Numbered from the stretch's first letter, positions 7,047 through 15,901 are shown. The stretch is DNA of 32,000 nt from Flavobacteriales bacterium UBA2306 (GCA_002345565.1 DDVS01000002.1:377992-409991), one strand, 5' to 3'. The notes: a model not told the origin generated them from the letters alone. Translations and numbers: made by a program.

Positions 7047-10000
7047 ATGAAGAATTGGACTTTTAAACAGTGGAACACCATTCTTGGATGGGTCATTTTT
7101 GTAATCGCATTTTTTACTTATTTATCAACGATAGAACCTAATTTCAGTTTTTGGGATTGTGGAGAATACATTTCTTCCGCGGTTAAACTAGAAGTGACTC
7201 ACGCACCGGGAGCAGCGTTGTTTCAGCTGGTGGGAGCGGTTGTAGCGTTATTTGCGTTTGGTAACGGACAACATTATTCGTTGGCGATTAATGCGATGTC
7301 TGCATTGTTTAGTGCATTTACCATTCTGTTTTTATTCTGGACCATTACGCATCTTGTAAGAAGATTATTGAATAAAGAATTTGAAAATATCTCAGTTACC
7401 GAAGAGATTGGCGTTTTGTTCGCCGGGGCAGTCGGTGCTTTGTGTTTTACGTTTTCTGACACATTTTGGTTTTCTGCAGTGGAAGGGGAAGTTTACTCTA
7501 TGGCGAGTCTTTTCATTGCATTAATTGTGTGGTTAATCACAAAATGGGAAAACGATTATAAAGAAAACGATAACGAAAGATGGATTATTCTTCTCTTTTT
7601 CGTGATTGGACTTTCTGTAGGGGTGCATATGATGTGTATGTTGGCTTTGCCTGCCGTTTGTTTGATCTATTATACAAGAAATTACACCTTCACCTGGAAA
7701 TCTTTTCTTTGGGCGAATGTCATTACATTGGTGATTTTAGGAATTGTTTTCAAAGGGATTTTCCCGATGATTATGACCTTGTTCGGTAAGTCAGAAGTTT
7801 TCTTTGTTAACGGACTTGGATTGCCTTTCCACTCCGGAACTATTTTTGCGTTCGTTATTTTGTCGGTTCTTTGTTATCTTTTGGTTTCTTATACCAGAAA
7901 AACTGGGAAATCGCTTTACCAAACTATTGCATTATCCGTTGTTTTTATGATGATTGGTTTCTCTTGCTGGTTGGTAATCCCCATCAGAGCAAATGCTAAT
8001 CCTCCAATGAACCTTAATGACCCGGACAATGCTTTGGGAATGTTGGATTATTACAACCGTGAACAATATGGTGATTGGCCGACTTTCTACGGTCAAAACT
8101 ATACGGCTTTTCTAGATCCGAACGGAATCGAGAAAAATGAAGACGGAAGCTATAAAACGGTAAAAACTGGTGATACTTACGAAAGAGACCCACAAACTGG
8201 CCGATACAGATTGGTAGGAGAGAAGTTCAATTATGTTTATAGCAAAGAGCATGTGGGATTTTTTCCAAGAATGTTTAGTGAGGATAAATCGGTCATGCCA
8301 AATTACATTTCGATGTATGGAGCGCCGAATTTTACTTTCAATTATGGAAATGAACAAATCTCCGAAAGTCCGGAAGCCAAACAATTCTTTGATGAGCTTC
8401 GTCAAAAATACGAGAACGGAACTATCAAAATGGATGATTATCTGAAAGCAAAACAATTTGGATTGATCAATGTTCAGAAACCGACATTAGCACAAAACTT
8501 AGATTATTTCATTACGTTCCAGAATTACTTCTACTTCGGTAGATATCTGCTTTGGAATTTCTCTGGTCGTCAGAATGATTTAGAAGGTCATATGGAAAAC
8601 ACAAACGGGAACTTCATTACAGGTATTCCTTTTATTGATAATAATATGTGGGGCGACCAAGGCGAGATGCCAGCCAAATTCCAGAACACAAGTACGGTGA
8701 AGTTCTTTATGCTCCCTTTGATTTTGGGATTGTTAGGATTCTTCTTCCAGCTTAATAAAGATTTTGGACGTTTCTATGCGATTCTATCATTGTTTATATT
8801 AACGAGTGTCGGAATTGTATTTTATACAGGTGTTAAACCATTTGAACCAAGAGAAAGAGATTATGCGATGGTAGGTTCGTTCTACGCCTTTGCCATTTGG
8901 ATAGGATTGGGCGTTGCAGCGATTTATTGGTTCTTGCAGAAAAAAGTGAAACAGAAATCTGCTCAGATTGCAATTGGAGTTATATTAATGGGAATTCCTT
9001 TGATGATGGGCTTCCAGAACTATAATGTTCACGATAGAAGTGGGCGTTATACAGCTTACGATTATGCGTATTCCAGTTTAAAATCGCTTCCGAAAAACGA
9101 CATTATGTTTGTTTACGGAGACAATGATACCTATCCGGTTTGGGCCATTCAGGAGACTGAGGAGTTTCGTCCGGATGTAAAAGTGGTGAATTTTACACTA
9201 CTTTCTACACCTTGGAATATCGATCAGGTAAAGAGAAGAACTTACAACTCTATGCCTGTTCCGTCCACTTTGACACATGAGGATTACAGAGAAGGTTCTA
9301 ATGACCAGGTTTATCTGATGTCAAAAGAGGATTGGAGTAATATCTTTGCCAATTTAAAAGACCAGGGCGCTCCAGATACAGAATTTGCAGCATTTAGAAA
9401 ATATATGACTCAGGATTCTATGACGTTGAAAGATGCGGTTAATTTCCTGAAAATGAAATCACCTGAAAAAGATGAGGTGGTTAAAATGATTTTCGGGGAA
9501 GAACGTTATCAGAAATTCAACTTCCTTCCGGTTTCCAAATTCGTACTTCCAGTTAATGTTAATAATGCCGTGAAAGCGGGAATTATTACACCAGCCGAAG
9601 CTCAAAAAGCGGAAAAACAAATCATCATCAATTATAAAGGAACCAGTATGTTCAAAAATAATATGTTGATGATGGACATCCTCGCGAACTTCGATTGGAA
9701 ACGCCCAATCAACTTCTCAAGCGGAGGAATCTACGATCCAAGCAATCTATTCTTCCTATCCAATTATCTGAAATTTGATGGATTCAGTTACAGATTGGTT
9801 CCTGTGAAAACAGAAGAAGCTGTGAGTGGTGAGCTTGGAATGGTAAATGCGGATGAGCTCTATAACGTTGTGAAAAATTACAAATGGGGTAATTTCAAAG
9901 ACCTTAAAACTCATTTTGATGAGACTTGTACGCAGAATATAGCGGGCTACAGATCGTCTGCAAGTAGAGCGGCAGAAGCTTTGGTTCTGAAAGGTGAAAA

Positions 10001-10532
10001 GCAAAAAGCGATTGAAGTTCTTGATTTAGCAAGCAGAGAAATTCCGGTTTCAAAATATAATGATCCAAGATCTTTGAGCTCTATTGTTTATGCTTACATC
10101 GTTGCAGGACAAGAGCAAAAAGGATTGAAACTCGCAGAAGATCTTAAGAAAGGCATCTTCGAGGAATATGATTATTACACCAGATTGTCACCCCAATTTC
10201 AGGTTTATGCTGCAAGACAGATGAAAACTAAACCAATGGAATATTCTCTAGTTGTTGGTGCCGTTTCCGATGCTTATAATAAAATTGGACAGAAAGAAAA
10301 AGGCTACCAATATCTTGTCAACTCTCTGAATGTAATTGATAAAAGATTCAATACATTTATCAAGGATTTGCAGGAGATGGGTAAAGAAAAAGCCTACAAA
10401 AAAGCTGATGATGTACAGAAAGTAACATCGTTCTACTCTTATCTTTTCGATATTATGAAGGACTATGACACGACTTACGAAGGTGAAAAGATGGATGAGA
10501 TTACAAAGAAATTGATGAAAGTAACTCAATAA
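7047..10532 (+). CDS. DUF2723 / TMEM260-like (GT-C fold, glycosyltransferase family 117-like) large integral membrane protein
   Basis: 1161 aa. The N-terminal motif is FSFWDCGEYISSAVKLEVTHAPGAALFQL, followed by about a dozen hydrophobic segments. The roughly 500-aa C-terminal part is soluble and helical. Confidence 0.8.
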   Translation: MKNWTFKQWNTILGWVIFVIAFFTYLSTIEPNFSFWDCGEYISSAVKLEVTHAPGAALFQLVGAVVALFAFGNGQHYSLAINAMSALFSAFTILFLFWTITHLVRRLLNKEFENISVTEEIGVLFAGAVGALCFTFSDTFWFSAVEGEVYSMASLFIALIVWLITKWENDYKENDNERWIILLFFVIGLSVGVHMMCMLALPAVCLIYYTRNYTFTWKSFLWANVITLVILGIVFKGIFPMIMTLFGKSEVFFVNGLGLPFHSGTIFAFVILSVLCYLLVSYTRKTGKSLYQTIALSVVFMMIGFSCWLVIPIRANANPPMNLNDPDNALGMLDYYNREQYGDWPTFYGQNYTAFLDPNGIEKNEDGSYKTVKTGDTYERDPQTGRYRLVGEKFNYVYSKEHVGFFPRMFSEDKSVMPNYISMYGAPNFTFNYGNEQISESPEAKQFFDELRQKYENGTIKMDDYLKAKQFGLINVQKPTLAQNLDYFITFQNYFYFGRYLLWNFSGRQNDLEGHMENTNGNFITGIPFIDNNMWGDQGEMPAKFQNTSTVKFFMLPLILGLLGFFFQLNKDFGRFYAILSLFILTSVGIVFYTGVKPFEPRERDYAMVGSFYAFAIWIGLGVAAIYWFLQKKVKQKSAQIAIGVILMGIPLMMGFQNYNVHDRSGRYTAYDYAYSSLKSLPKNDIMFVYGDNDTYPVWAIQETEEFRPDVKVVNFTLLSTPWNIDQVKRRTYNSMPVPSTLTHEDYREGSNDQVYLMSKEDWSNIFANLKDQGAPDTEFAAFRKYMTQDSMTLKDAVNFLKMKSPEKDEVVKMIFGEERYQKFNFLPVSKFVLPVNVNNAVKAGIITPAEAQKAEKQIIINYKGTSMFKNNMLMMDILANFDWKRPINFSSGGIYDPSNLFFLSNYLKFDGFSYRLVPVKTEEAVSGELGMVNADELYNVVKNYKWGNFKDLKTHFDETCTQNIAGYRSSASRAAEALVLKGEKQKAIEVLDLASREIPVSKYNDPRSLSSIVYAYIVAGQEQKGLKLAEDLKKGIFEEYDYYTRLSPQFQVYAARQMKTKPMEYSLVVGAVSDAYNKIGQKEKGYQYLVNSLNVIDKRFNTFIKDLQEMGKEKAYKKADDVQKVTSFYSYLFDIMKDYDTTYEGEKMDEITKKLMKVTQ

Positions 10533-10556
10533 AAACTTTTCTTCAAAAATAATATC

Positions 10557-10597
10557 AACCCTTTCAGAGTTTCAAACTTTGAAAGGGTTTTTGTTTT
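10557..10597 (+). terminator. Rho-independent terminator of the DUF2723 gene
   Basis: aaccctttcagagtt (10557-10571) pairs with aactttgaaagggtt (10575-10589) and is followed by tttttgtttt. The 33-nt hairpin is identical at 29 of 33 positions to the one at 605-637. Confidence 0.8.
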
Positions 10598-10628
10598 AAT
10601 TAATATCATCTGGTCTAAGTTTATAATG

Positions 10629-10636
10629 TAATTTTG
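10629..10636 (+). promoter_or_regulatory. Perfect -7 promoter box TAATTTTG abutting the heptamer array
   Basis: taattttg matches the Bacteroidota consensus TAnnTTTG. It ends one base before the first CTAACAT repeat. No -33 TTTG occurs at the canonical spacing. Confidence 0.45.
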
Positions 10637-10702
10637 CTAACATCTAACATCTAACATCTAACATCTAACATCTAACATCTAACATCTAACATCTAACATC
10701 TA
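10637..10702 (+). repeat. Perfect heptanucleotide tandem repeat (CTAACAT) x9 plus a partial CTA
   Basis: Nine uninterrupted copies were counted from 10637 to 10699, and the partial copy runs into the ATG at 10702. The unit has no G on the plus strand. Confidence 0.98.
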
Positions 10703-11235
10703 TGAAAAATTTTTGTGCTTTCCTCCGCGGTGTCAATGTCAAAGGAACTAATATGAAAATGGCTGACGTTTGCAAAGTCTTTTCGGAAGCAGGTGTTCAG
10801 AATGTTTCATCGGTGTTGGCAAGTGGAAATATTTTATTTCAGTCTGATAAAAACTCAACAGAACTGAAGACAATATTAGAAAAAACAATGTCACAGCATT
10901 TTGATTACGAAGCTTTTTTGTTTATTAAAGAGGAAGAAGAGATTAAAGATATCTTCAAAAATGATCCATTTCCTCCTATCGAAAATTTTCATAATTACAT
11001 CTTCATCGGCAGTGAAAAAGTAGAAGAAACCTTATTCGAGGAATTTGAAAAATCTACCAAAGAAGAAGGTGAGCAAGGGAAAATTATTAATGGGATATTC
11101 TATTGGCAAGTTCCGAAAGGACAAACCCTCAATTCAACTTTCGGTAAGGTTTTGGGTAAAAAAAGTCTCAAAGATAAAATGACGAGCAGGAATGCTAATA
11201 CGTTTGAGAAAATCATCAATAAATTTGAGAAATAG
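10702..11235 (+). CDS. DUF1697 domain protein
   Basis: 177 aa starting MKNFCAFLRGVNVKGTNMKMADV...LASGNILF, the typical DUF1697 N-terminus. Confidence 0.75.
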   Translation: MKNFCAFLRGVNVKGTNMKMADVCKVFSEAGVQNVSSVLASGNILFQSDKNSTELKTILEKTMSQHFDYEAFLFIKEEEEIKDIFKNDPFPPIENFHNYIFIGSEKVEETLFEEFEKSTKEEGEQGKIINGIFYWQVPKGQTLNSTFGKVLGKKSLKDKMTSRNANTFEKIINKFEK

Positions 11236-11292
11236 ATAATCTCAAACCTTTTGATAGTTTGAATTGGAAAAGATTTTCCTGCATTAATTCCG

Positions 11293-11300
11293 TATATTTG
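11293..11300 (+). promoter_or_regulatory. -7 promoter box TATATTTG upstream of kdsA
   Basis: It matches TAnnTTTG exactly and lies 58 nt upstream of the ATG. The -33 element is only partial (ttttc). Confidence 0.4.
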
Positions 11301-11357
11301 TATCCTGATTTTAGAACATTTAAAATCTAAAATTCATAATTATAAAATCAAAAATAA

Positions 11358-12167
11358 ATGATACAATATCTTGATAACATTCATCACAAAGATTCCAAGA
11401 ATTTTTTCCTAATTGCTGGACCTTGCGCTATCGAAGATGAAACAATGGCTTTGCAAATCGCAGAACATATCGTGAAGCTTTCCGATAAATACAATATTCC
11501 TTATATCTTCAAAGGAAGTTTCAAAAAAGCGAACAGAAGCCGAGTAGATTCTTTCACAGGAATTGGCGATGAGAAAGCGTTGAAAATCCTTAGAAAAGTA
11601 GGGGAGACTTTCAATGTTCCTACGACTACAGATATCCACGAGATTCCTCACGCGGCTATGGCGGCAGAATATGTGGATGTGTTGCAAATCCCAGCTTTCT
11701 TGGTTAGACAAACCGATTTGTTGATTGCAGCGGCAGAAACAGGAAAAGCTGTAACACTTAAAAAAGGACAGTTTCTTTCTCCAGAAGCAATGAAGTTTGC
11801 TGTTCAGAAAGTGAAAGATTCTGGAAATGATAAAACAGCGATTATCGAAAGAGGTAATACTTTTGGCTACAGCGATTTGGTAGTAGATTTCCGTGGGATT
11901 CCGACGATGAGAGAATATTCTCCGGTGATTTTGGATGTTACACACTCTCTACAACAACCGAATCAGAACTCTGGTGTTACAGGCGGAAGACCAGAATTGA
12001 TTGAAACGATTGCAAAAGCAGGAATTGCAGTAGGCGCAGATGGATTATTCATCGAGACACATCCAGACCCTTCAGTAGCAAAATCTGATGGTGCAAATAT
12101 GTTGAAATTGGATCTTTTGGATGGCTTACTTGGAAAGCTAACGAGAATCAGAGAAGCTATATTATAA
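11358..12167 (+). CDS. kdsA: 3-deoxy-8-phosphooctulonate (KDO-8-P) synthase
   Basis: 269 aa with FLIAGPCAIEDETMALQIAEHI...YIFKGSFKKANRSRVDSFTGIG...LQIPAFLVRQTDLL..., diagnostic of KdsA. Confidence 0.92.
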   Translation: MIQYLDNIHHKDSKNFFLIAGPCAIEDETMALQIAEHIVKLSDKYNIPYIFKGSFKKANRSRVDSFTGIGDEKALKILRKVGETFNVPTTTDIHEIPHAAMAAEYVDVLQIPAFLVRQTDLLIAAAETGKAVTLKKGQFLSPEAMKFAVQKVKDSGNDKTAIIERGNTFGYSDLVVDFRGIPTMREYSPVILDVTHSLQQPNQNSGVTGGRPELIETIAKAGIAVGADGLFIETHPDPSVAKSDGANMLKLDLLDGLLGKLTRIREAIL

Positions 12168-12175
12168 GAATTGAA

Positions 12176-12200
12176 AGTCCGGTTTTGCCGGACTTTTTTA
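12176..12200 (+). terminator. Rho-independent terminator of kdsA
   Basis: agtccgg (12176-12182), loop ttttg, ccggact (12188-12194), then tttttt. Confidence 0.8.
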
Positions 12201-12259
12201 TTAAATTCAGTTTTTCGTATAAGATTTACAAATATTCTTTCGTTCTTTGTATTAATTGC

Positions 12260-12267
12260 TATTTTTG
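12260..12267 (+). promoter_or_regulatory. -7 promoter box TATTTTTG upstream of the TonB-dependent receptor-like gene
   Basis: It matches TAnnTTTG exactly and lies 49 nt upstream of the TTG start. A partial -33 (tttc) lies 18 nt upstream. Confidence 0.4.
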
Positions 12268-12315
12268 TTCATTCAAGATTGCATTAAAAATAAATTCAGA
12301 TAAAAAACTACAACA

Positions 12316-14754
12316 TTGAAAAATTATATTCTCTTAATTCTTTTCTTTTTGCCAGTATTGGCTTTTTCTCAAATTAATCTAAGAGTACTGAACGAAGAAG
12401 ACGGGAAACCAGTTTCTGAGGCTCAGGTAACTTATAATAATCAAACCTATCAGACCGATAAAAATGGATTTGTGCGTGTTCCACTTTCGGATTCTGAACA
12501 AACTTTAGAGGTTCAAAAAGAAAACTTCAAAGGTTTTTCTAAAACTATCAAAACATCTCCCAAATCTCAAACAGTCAATGTTCTCTTTTTACCCGCAGTT
12601 AATGCTACAGAGATTCAGGAGGTTGTTTTTCAAAAGAAAGCAAAATTCAAAACCAATGATATTACTTCGGTAGAGATTTCTGCAAAAGAAGCAAGAGAAG
12701 TGGCTTCCTTGGCAGGTGGAGTAGAAGGTTTGCTAAAAACTTTACCTTCTGTAAACTCCAATGCTGAGTTGAGTTCACAATATATGGTAAGAGGTGGAAG
12801 CTATGATGAGAATTTAATTTATATTAATGATATCGAACTGTATCGTCCTTTCCTCATCAGAAACTCTTTGCAGGAAGGGATGAGTATCGTGAATCCAGAT
12901 ATGGTTTCTACCATCAACTTTTCGGCTGGTGGATTCGAACCAAGATATGGCGATAAAATGTCATCCGCATTGAACATCTATTACAGACAGCCCGAGAAAT
13001 TCGAAGTTTCCGGAGAAGCGAGTTTAATTGGCGGAAGATTGACTACTGGTTTTGCATCAAAGGATAAAAAATTCACAGGGTTGATTTCTGGACGTTACAG
13101 AAATACCAATCTTGTTCTTAATACTTTGAATGAAGATACAGATTTCAATCCAAGATATTTTGATTTGCAATCTTATCTTAATTATCAGTTTAATGATAAA
13201 TGGTCTTTGTCTTTCTTAGGTTATTTTGCTAAGAACGATTACGAGATGATTCCGAAAGAAAAAGAAGTGGATTTTGGAAGTGTTTTGAGACCTTTGAAAC
13301 TGACGGTTTTCTACAACGGACAAGAAGATGACCAGTACAAAAATATGATGGGAACCGTGAGTGTCAACTTCAAACCAAGTAAAAAGTTGCATTTTTCCCT
13401 AGATAATTTTGCTTATCAGAACAGAGAAAGAGAATATTATTCTTTGGCTTCGGGCTATATTCTAGAAGCTTTTGATGAGGAGGGAAATCCTGTTGCTGGT
13501 TATGATGCTGGTGGGCAGATAGATCACGCTAGAAATGACTTGTTAGTAAGAGTTGCAGGTTCACAATTCAGAACCAAATTCTCTCCAGATGTTAATACAG
13601 ATATCGAAGTAGGAGTGAAGTACGAAAGAGAAACCATCAAAGATTTTACCAATGAGTGGCAGTTCGTAGATTCAATTGGTTACAGCAATCCAAGAGATTT
13701 TGTAATTCCCGGAAATCTAGATACCTCTGCACTTAATCTTAAATATTACATTGCTGGACAAAACGATATTAATACAACCAGAGTTTCTGCTTATGCACAA
13801 TTCTCCAAAAAATTCTATTGGGGAAGTAACAGAATCTTCATCAATGGAGGTGCTAGAATCCAGAACTGGAATTTTAACAAAGAGACTTTGTTTAGTCCAA
13901 GAGCGCAATTTGCGATTAAGCCAGATTGGGATATGGATATGTTGTTTCGATTAGCTGGAGGTGTTTATTATCAAGCGCCATTTTATAAAGAGATTAAGGA
14001 TTTGACAGGAGCTTTCAATTCTGATATCAAGGCTCAAAAATCTTATCAGATTATCTTGGCGAACGATTATGAATTCCAGATTAAAGAAAGGAATTTCAAA
14101 TTAATCACCGAAGCTTACTACAAAAAGATGGAAAATCTGATTCCATATTATATGGATAATGTGAGAGTGAGATATTCTGGTAAAAATAATGCCGAAGGTT
14201 ATGCTTACGGATTAGACGCGAGATTATACGGGCAATTTGTTCCTGGAATCGATTCTTATATCTCTGCGAGTTATGCGAGAGTTTATGAAAATATAGATGG
14301 GAAAGGTTACATCCCAAGACCTACAGATCAGCGTTTCCGATTCTCTATGTTCTATCAGGATTATATGCCAAAGTTCCCAAGTATGAGAGTTAATTTGACT
14401 TTGACTTATGCTAGTGGATTGCCTTCTGGAACACCAGTTTTGTTTGATTCAAACGGATTGCCGGATTATTTAGCGGCTTATAGATATCAGAAAACTTTGC
14501 CAGCTTACAAAAGAGTGGATATTGGTTTGACCAAGATTTTTATCGATCAGAAAGATAATAAAGCCAGTGGAGATTTCTGGAGAAACTTTAAAGAACTGAC
14601 TTTGGGTGTCCAGATTTTCAACGCCTTTAATATCAATAATACCATAGCTAATCAATGGATTACAGATGTTAATTCGCCTGCTTCTGGTTATTATCCTGTT
14701 CCGGTAAGATTAACAGGGCGTTTCTTCAATGTAACACTTAATTTTAAACTCTAA
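12316..14754 (+). CDS. TonB-dependent receptor-like outer-membrane protein with an N-terminal carboxypeptidase-regulatory-like domain
   Basis: 812 aa with a TTG start. The signal peptide is MKNYILLILFFLPVLAFSQ. A CarbopepD-reg-like segment (LRVLNEEDGKPVSEAQVTY...DKNGFVRVPL) and a plug-like segment follow. The barrel is long and rich in aromatic residues and ends in ...RFFNVTLNFKL (C-terminal aromatic/hydrophobic). Confidence 0.8.
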   Translation: MKNYILLILFFLPVLAFSQINLRVLNEEDGKPVSEAQVTYNNQTYQTDKNGFVRVPLSDSEQTLEVQKENFKGFSKTIKTSPKSQTVNVLFLPAVNATEIQEVVFQKKAKFKTNDITSVEISAKEAREVASLAGGVEGLLKTLPSVNSNAELSSQYMVRGGSYDENLIYINDIELYRPFLIRNSLQEGMSIVNPDMVSTINFSAGGFEPRYGDKMSSALNIYYRQPEKFEVSGEASLIGGRLTTGFASKDKKFTGLISGRYRNTNLVLNTLNEDTDFNPRYFDLQSYLNYQFNDKWSLSFLGYFAKNDYEMIPKEKEVDFGSVLRPLKLTVFYNGQEDDQYKNMMGTVSVNFKPSKKLHFSLDNFAYQNREREYYSLASGYILEAFDEEGNPVAGYDAGGQIDHARNDLLVRVAGSQFRTKFSPDVNTDIEVGVKYERETIKDFTNEWQFVDSIGYSNPRDFVIPGNLDTSALNLKYYIAGQNDINTTRVSAYAQFSKKFYWGSNRIFINGGARIQNWNFNKETLFSPRAQFAIKPDWDMDMLFRLAGGVYYQAPFYKEIKDLTGAFNSDIKAQKSYQIILANDYEFQIKERNFKLITEAYYKKMENLIPYYMDNVRVRYSGKNNAEGYAYGLDARLYGQFVPGIDSYISASYARVYENIDGKGYIPRPTDQRFRFSMFYQDYMPKFPSMRVNLTLTYASGLPSGTPVLFDSNGLPDYLAAYRYQKTLPAYKRVDIGLTKIFIDQKDNKASGDFWRNFKELTLGVQIFNAFNINNTIANQWITDVNSPASGYYPVPVRLTGRFFNVTLNFKL

Positions 14755-14757
14755 ACG

Positions 14758-15015
14758 ATGAAATCAAAAAGCATTAAACCACCTTCAGAACTCACGGATG
14801 AAGAATTATTGAAAAATGTGAAATTGACTAAATCGGTTTTGCTGTCTTTCTCAGTGATTTTTGTTTTGCTTTTGGCGAGTTGTCTGTACATAACGATTAC
14901 CAGAGGATTTGGTGTGTTTTCTGTCCTGCCATTGACGTTTTTTCCCATTTTGATCACCAATATCATCACACATAGAAAAATGGCGGATGAAGCCAGGAAG
15001 AGAAATCTGATTTAA
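14758..15015 (+). CDS. Small two-helix membrane protein, hypothetical
   Basis: 85 aa. The ATG is 3 nt after the receptor stop. It has two hydrophobic segments (VLLSFSVIFVLLLASCLYITI and VFSVLPLTFFPILITNII) and is followed by a terminator. Confidence 0.5.
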   Translation: MKSKSIKPPSELTDEELLKNVKLTKSVLLSFSVIFVLLLASCLYITITRGFGVFSVLPLTFFPILITNIITHRKMADEARKRNLI

Positions 15016-15036
15016 AATATTTTTGATTTATTATAG

Positions 15037-15070
15037 AAAACAAGCTTCCGGTTCTGGAAGCTTGTTTTGT
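15037..15070. terminator. Bidirectional terminator
   Basis: aaaa-caagcttcc (15041-15049), loop ggttct, ggaagcttg (15056-15064), then ttttgttt. Confidence 0.8.
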
Positions 15071-15077
15071 TTATTAA

Positions 15078-15155
15078 AGGTGCGAAGCACCAAAATGTTG
15101 GTAGAAAAAACATACAAATTTAAGAAAGAGAGGTGCGAAACACCGACATCTCGGT
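15078..15155. repeat. Duplicated short GC-rich hairpin motif (AGGTGCGAARCACC) plus an adjacent ACCGACATCTCGGT hairpin
   Basis: aggtgcgaagcacc at 15078-15091 and aggtgcgaaacacc at 15131-15144. accgacatctcggt at 15142-15155 abuts the NlpC/P60 stop codon. Confidence 0.6.
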
Positions 15156-15880
15156 TAGAAATAAGATCTAATGAATCTCAATTTATGCGTATGCTTATTT
15201 TGATCTTTATTGAATATTCCTGATGAATCCAGACTATCAATTCTCACTTTTCCGTGTGCGTGAATAATTTTTTGATCAGCCAAAATAATCCCAACGTGAT
15301 GGATTCTCCCTTCTGAGTTTTCAAAAAATGCCAAATCGCCAGGTTTCGCTTCTTCGATAAAAGTTAAAGCATCACCAATTTCAGCTTGTTGATAAGTATC
15401 TCTTGGGATTTTAATACCGTGAATTTTATAAATGATTTGCGTAAAACCACTACAGTCGATTCCAAAAAAGCTTTTTCCGCCCCATAAATAAGGAACATTC
15501 AGAAATTCTTTAGCACAATTCACAATACTTTCGCTGAGGTCTGCGCCACGCGTTGGAGAAATAGGATCAAAAGAAACTTCTGAACCAATAGAAACCAATG
15601 TTCTGCCATTTTCCAACATTGCAGATTGGAAAGGTTCTTTCACAAGATTGACTTTTCTTGATGACAAAAATTCGTCTGAAACAGGAGAGATTTGTTTCGT
15701 GTCCATCCAAGCTTCGTAGTTGTCGTAATGGGTTTTTATTTTCGTCCAATTATCTTTAACTTCCAGAATATCCGCAGATTCTCCGTAAAGAAGCTGCGAT
15801 ACAATTTCGCTTTTGTCAGAACCTTCGGCTCTCATTGGAGCAATGGAAACATTACAAATGCCTTTTGTCATTTCAATCAA
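15155..15880 (-). CDS. C40 (NlpC/P60) family peptidoglycan peptidase with an N-terminal SH3-like region
   Basis: 241 aa. The catalytic Cys context is GIDCSGFTQIIY and the His context is GRIHHVGIIL. GDLAFF is also present. The true start may be the internal MTKG four codons in. Confidence 0.85.
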   Translation of the reverse strand: MIEMTKGICNVSIAPMRAEGSDKSEIVSQLLYGESADILEVKDNWTKIKTHYDNYEAWMDTKQISPVSDEFLSSRKVNLVKEPFQSAMLENGRTLVSIGSEVSFDPISPTRGADLSESIVNCAKEFLNVPYLWGGKSFFGIDCSGFTQIIYKIHGIKIPRDTYQQAEIGDALTFIEEAKPGDLAFFENSEGRIHHVGIILADQKIIHAHGKVRIDSLDSSGIFNKDQNKHTHKLRFIRSYF

Positions 15881-15901
15881 TTATGAATTTAAAAATACGA
15901 A

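Noticed and set aside
10637-10702. The tandem repeat array could be mistaken for a CRISPR array
   Set aside because: The unit is only 7 nt and the copies are contiguous with no spacers. No cas genes are in the window. It is a microsatellite.
11409-11945. 178-aa minus-strand ORF inside kdsA
   Set aside because: It lies fully antisense within an unambiguous KdsA coding sequence. Its translation is Cys/Arg/Ser-rich and low in complexity, with no start context.
15023-15223. 66-aa plus-strand ORF
   Set aside because: It spans a terminator hairpin and the GC-rich mini-repeats and overlaps the 3' end of the NlpC/P60 gene. It is an artefact of the repeats.
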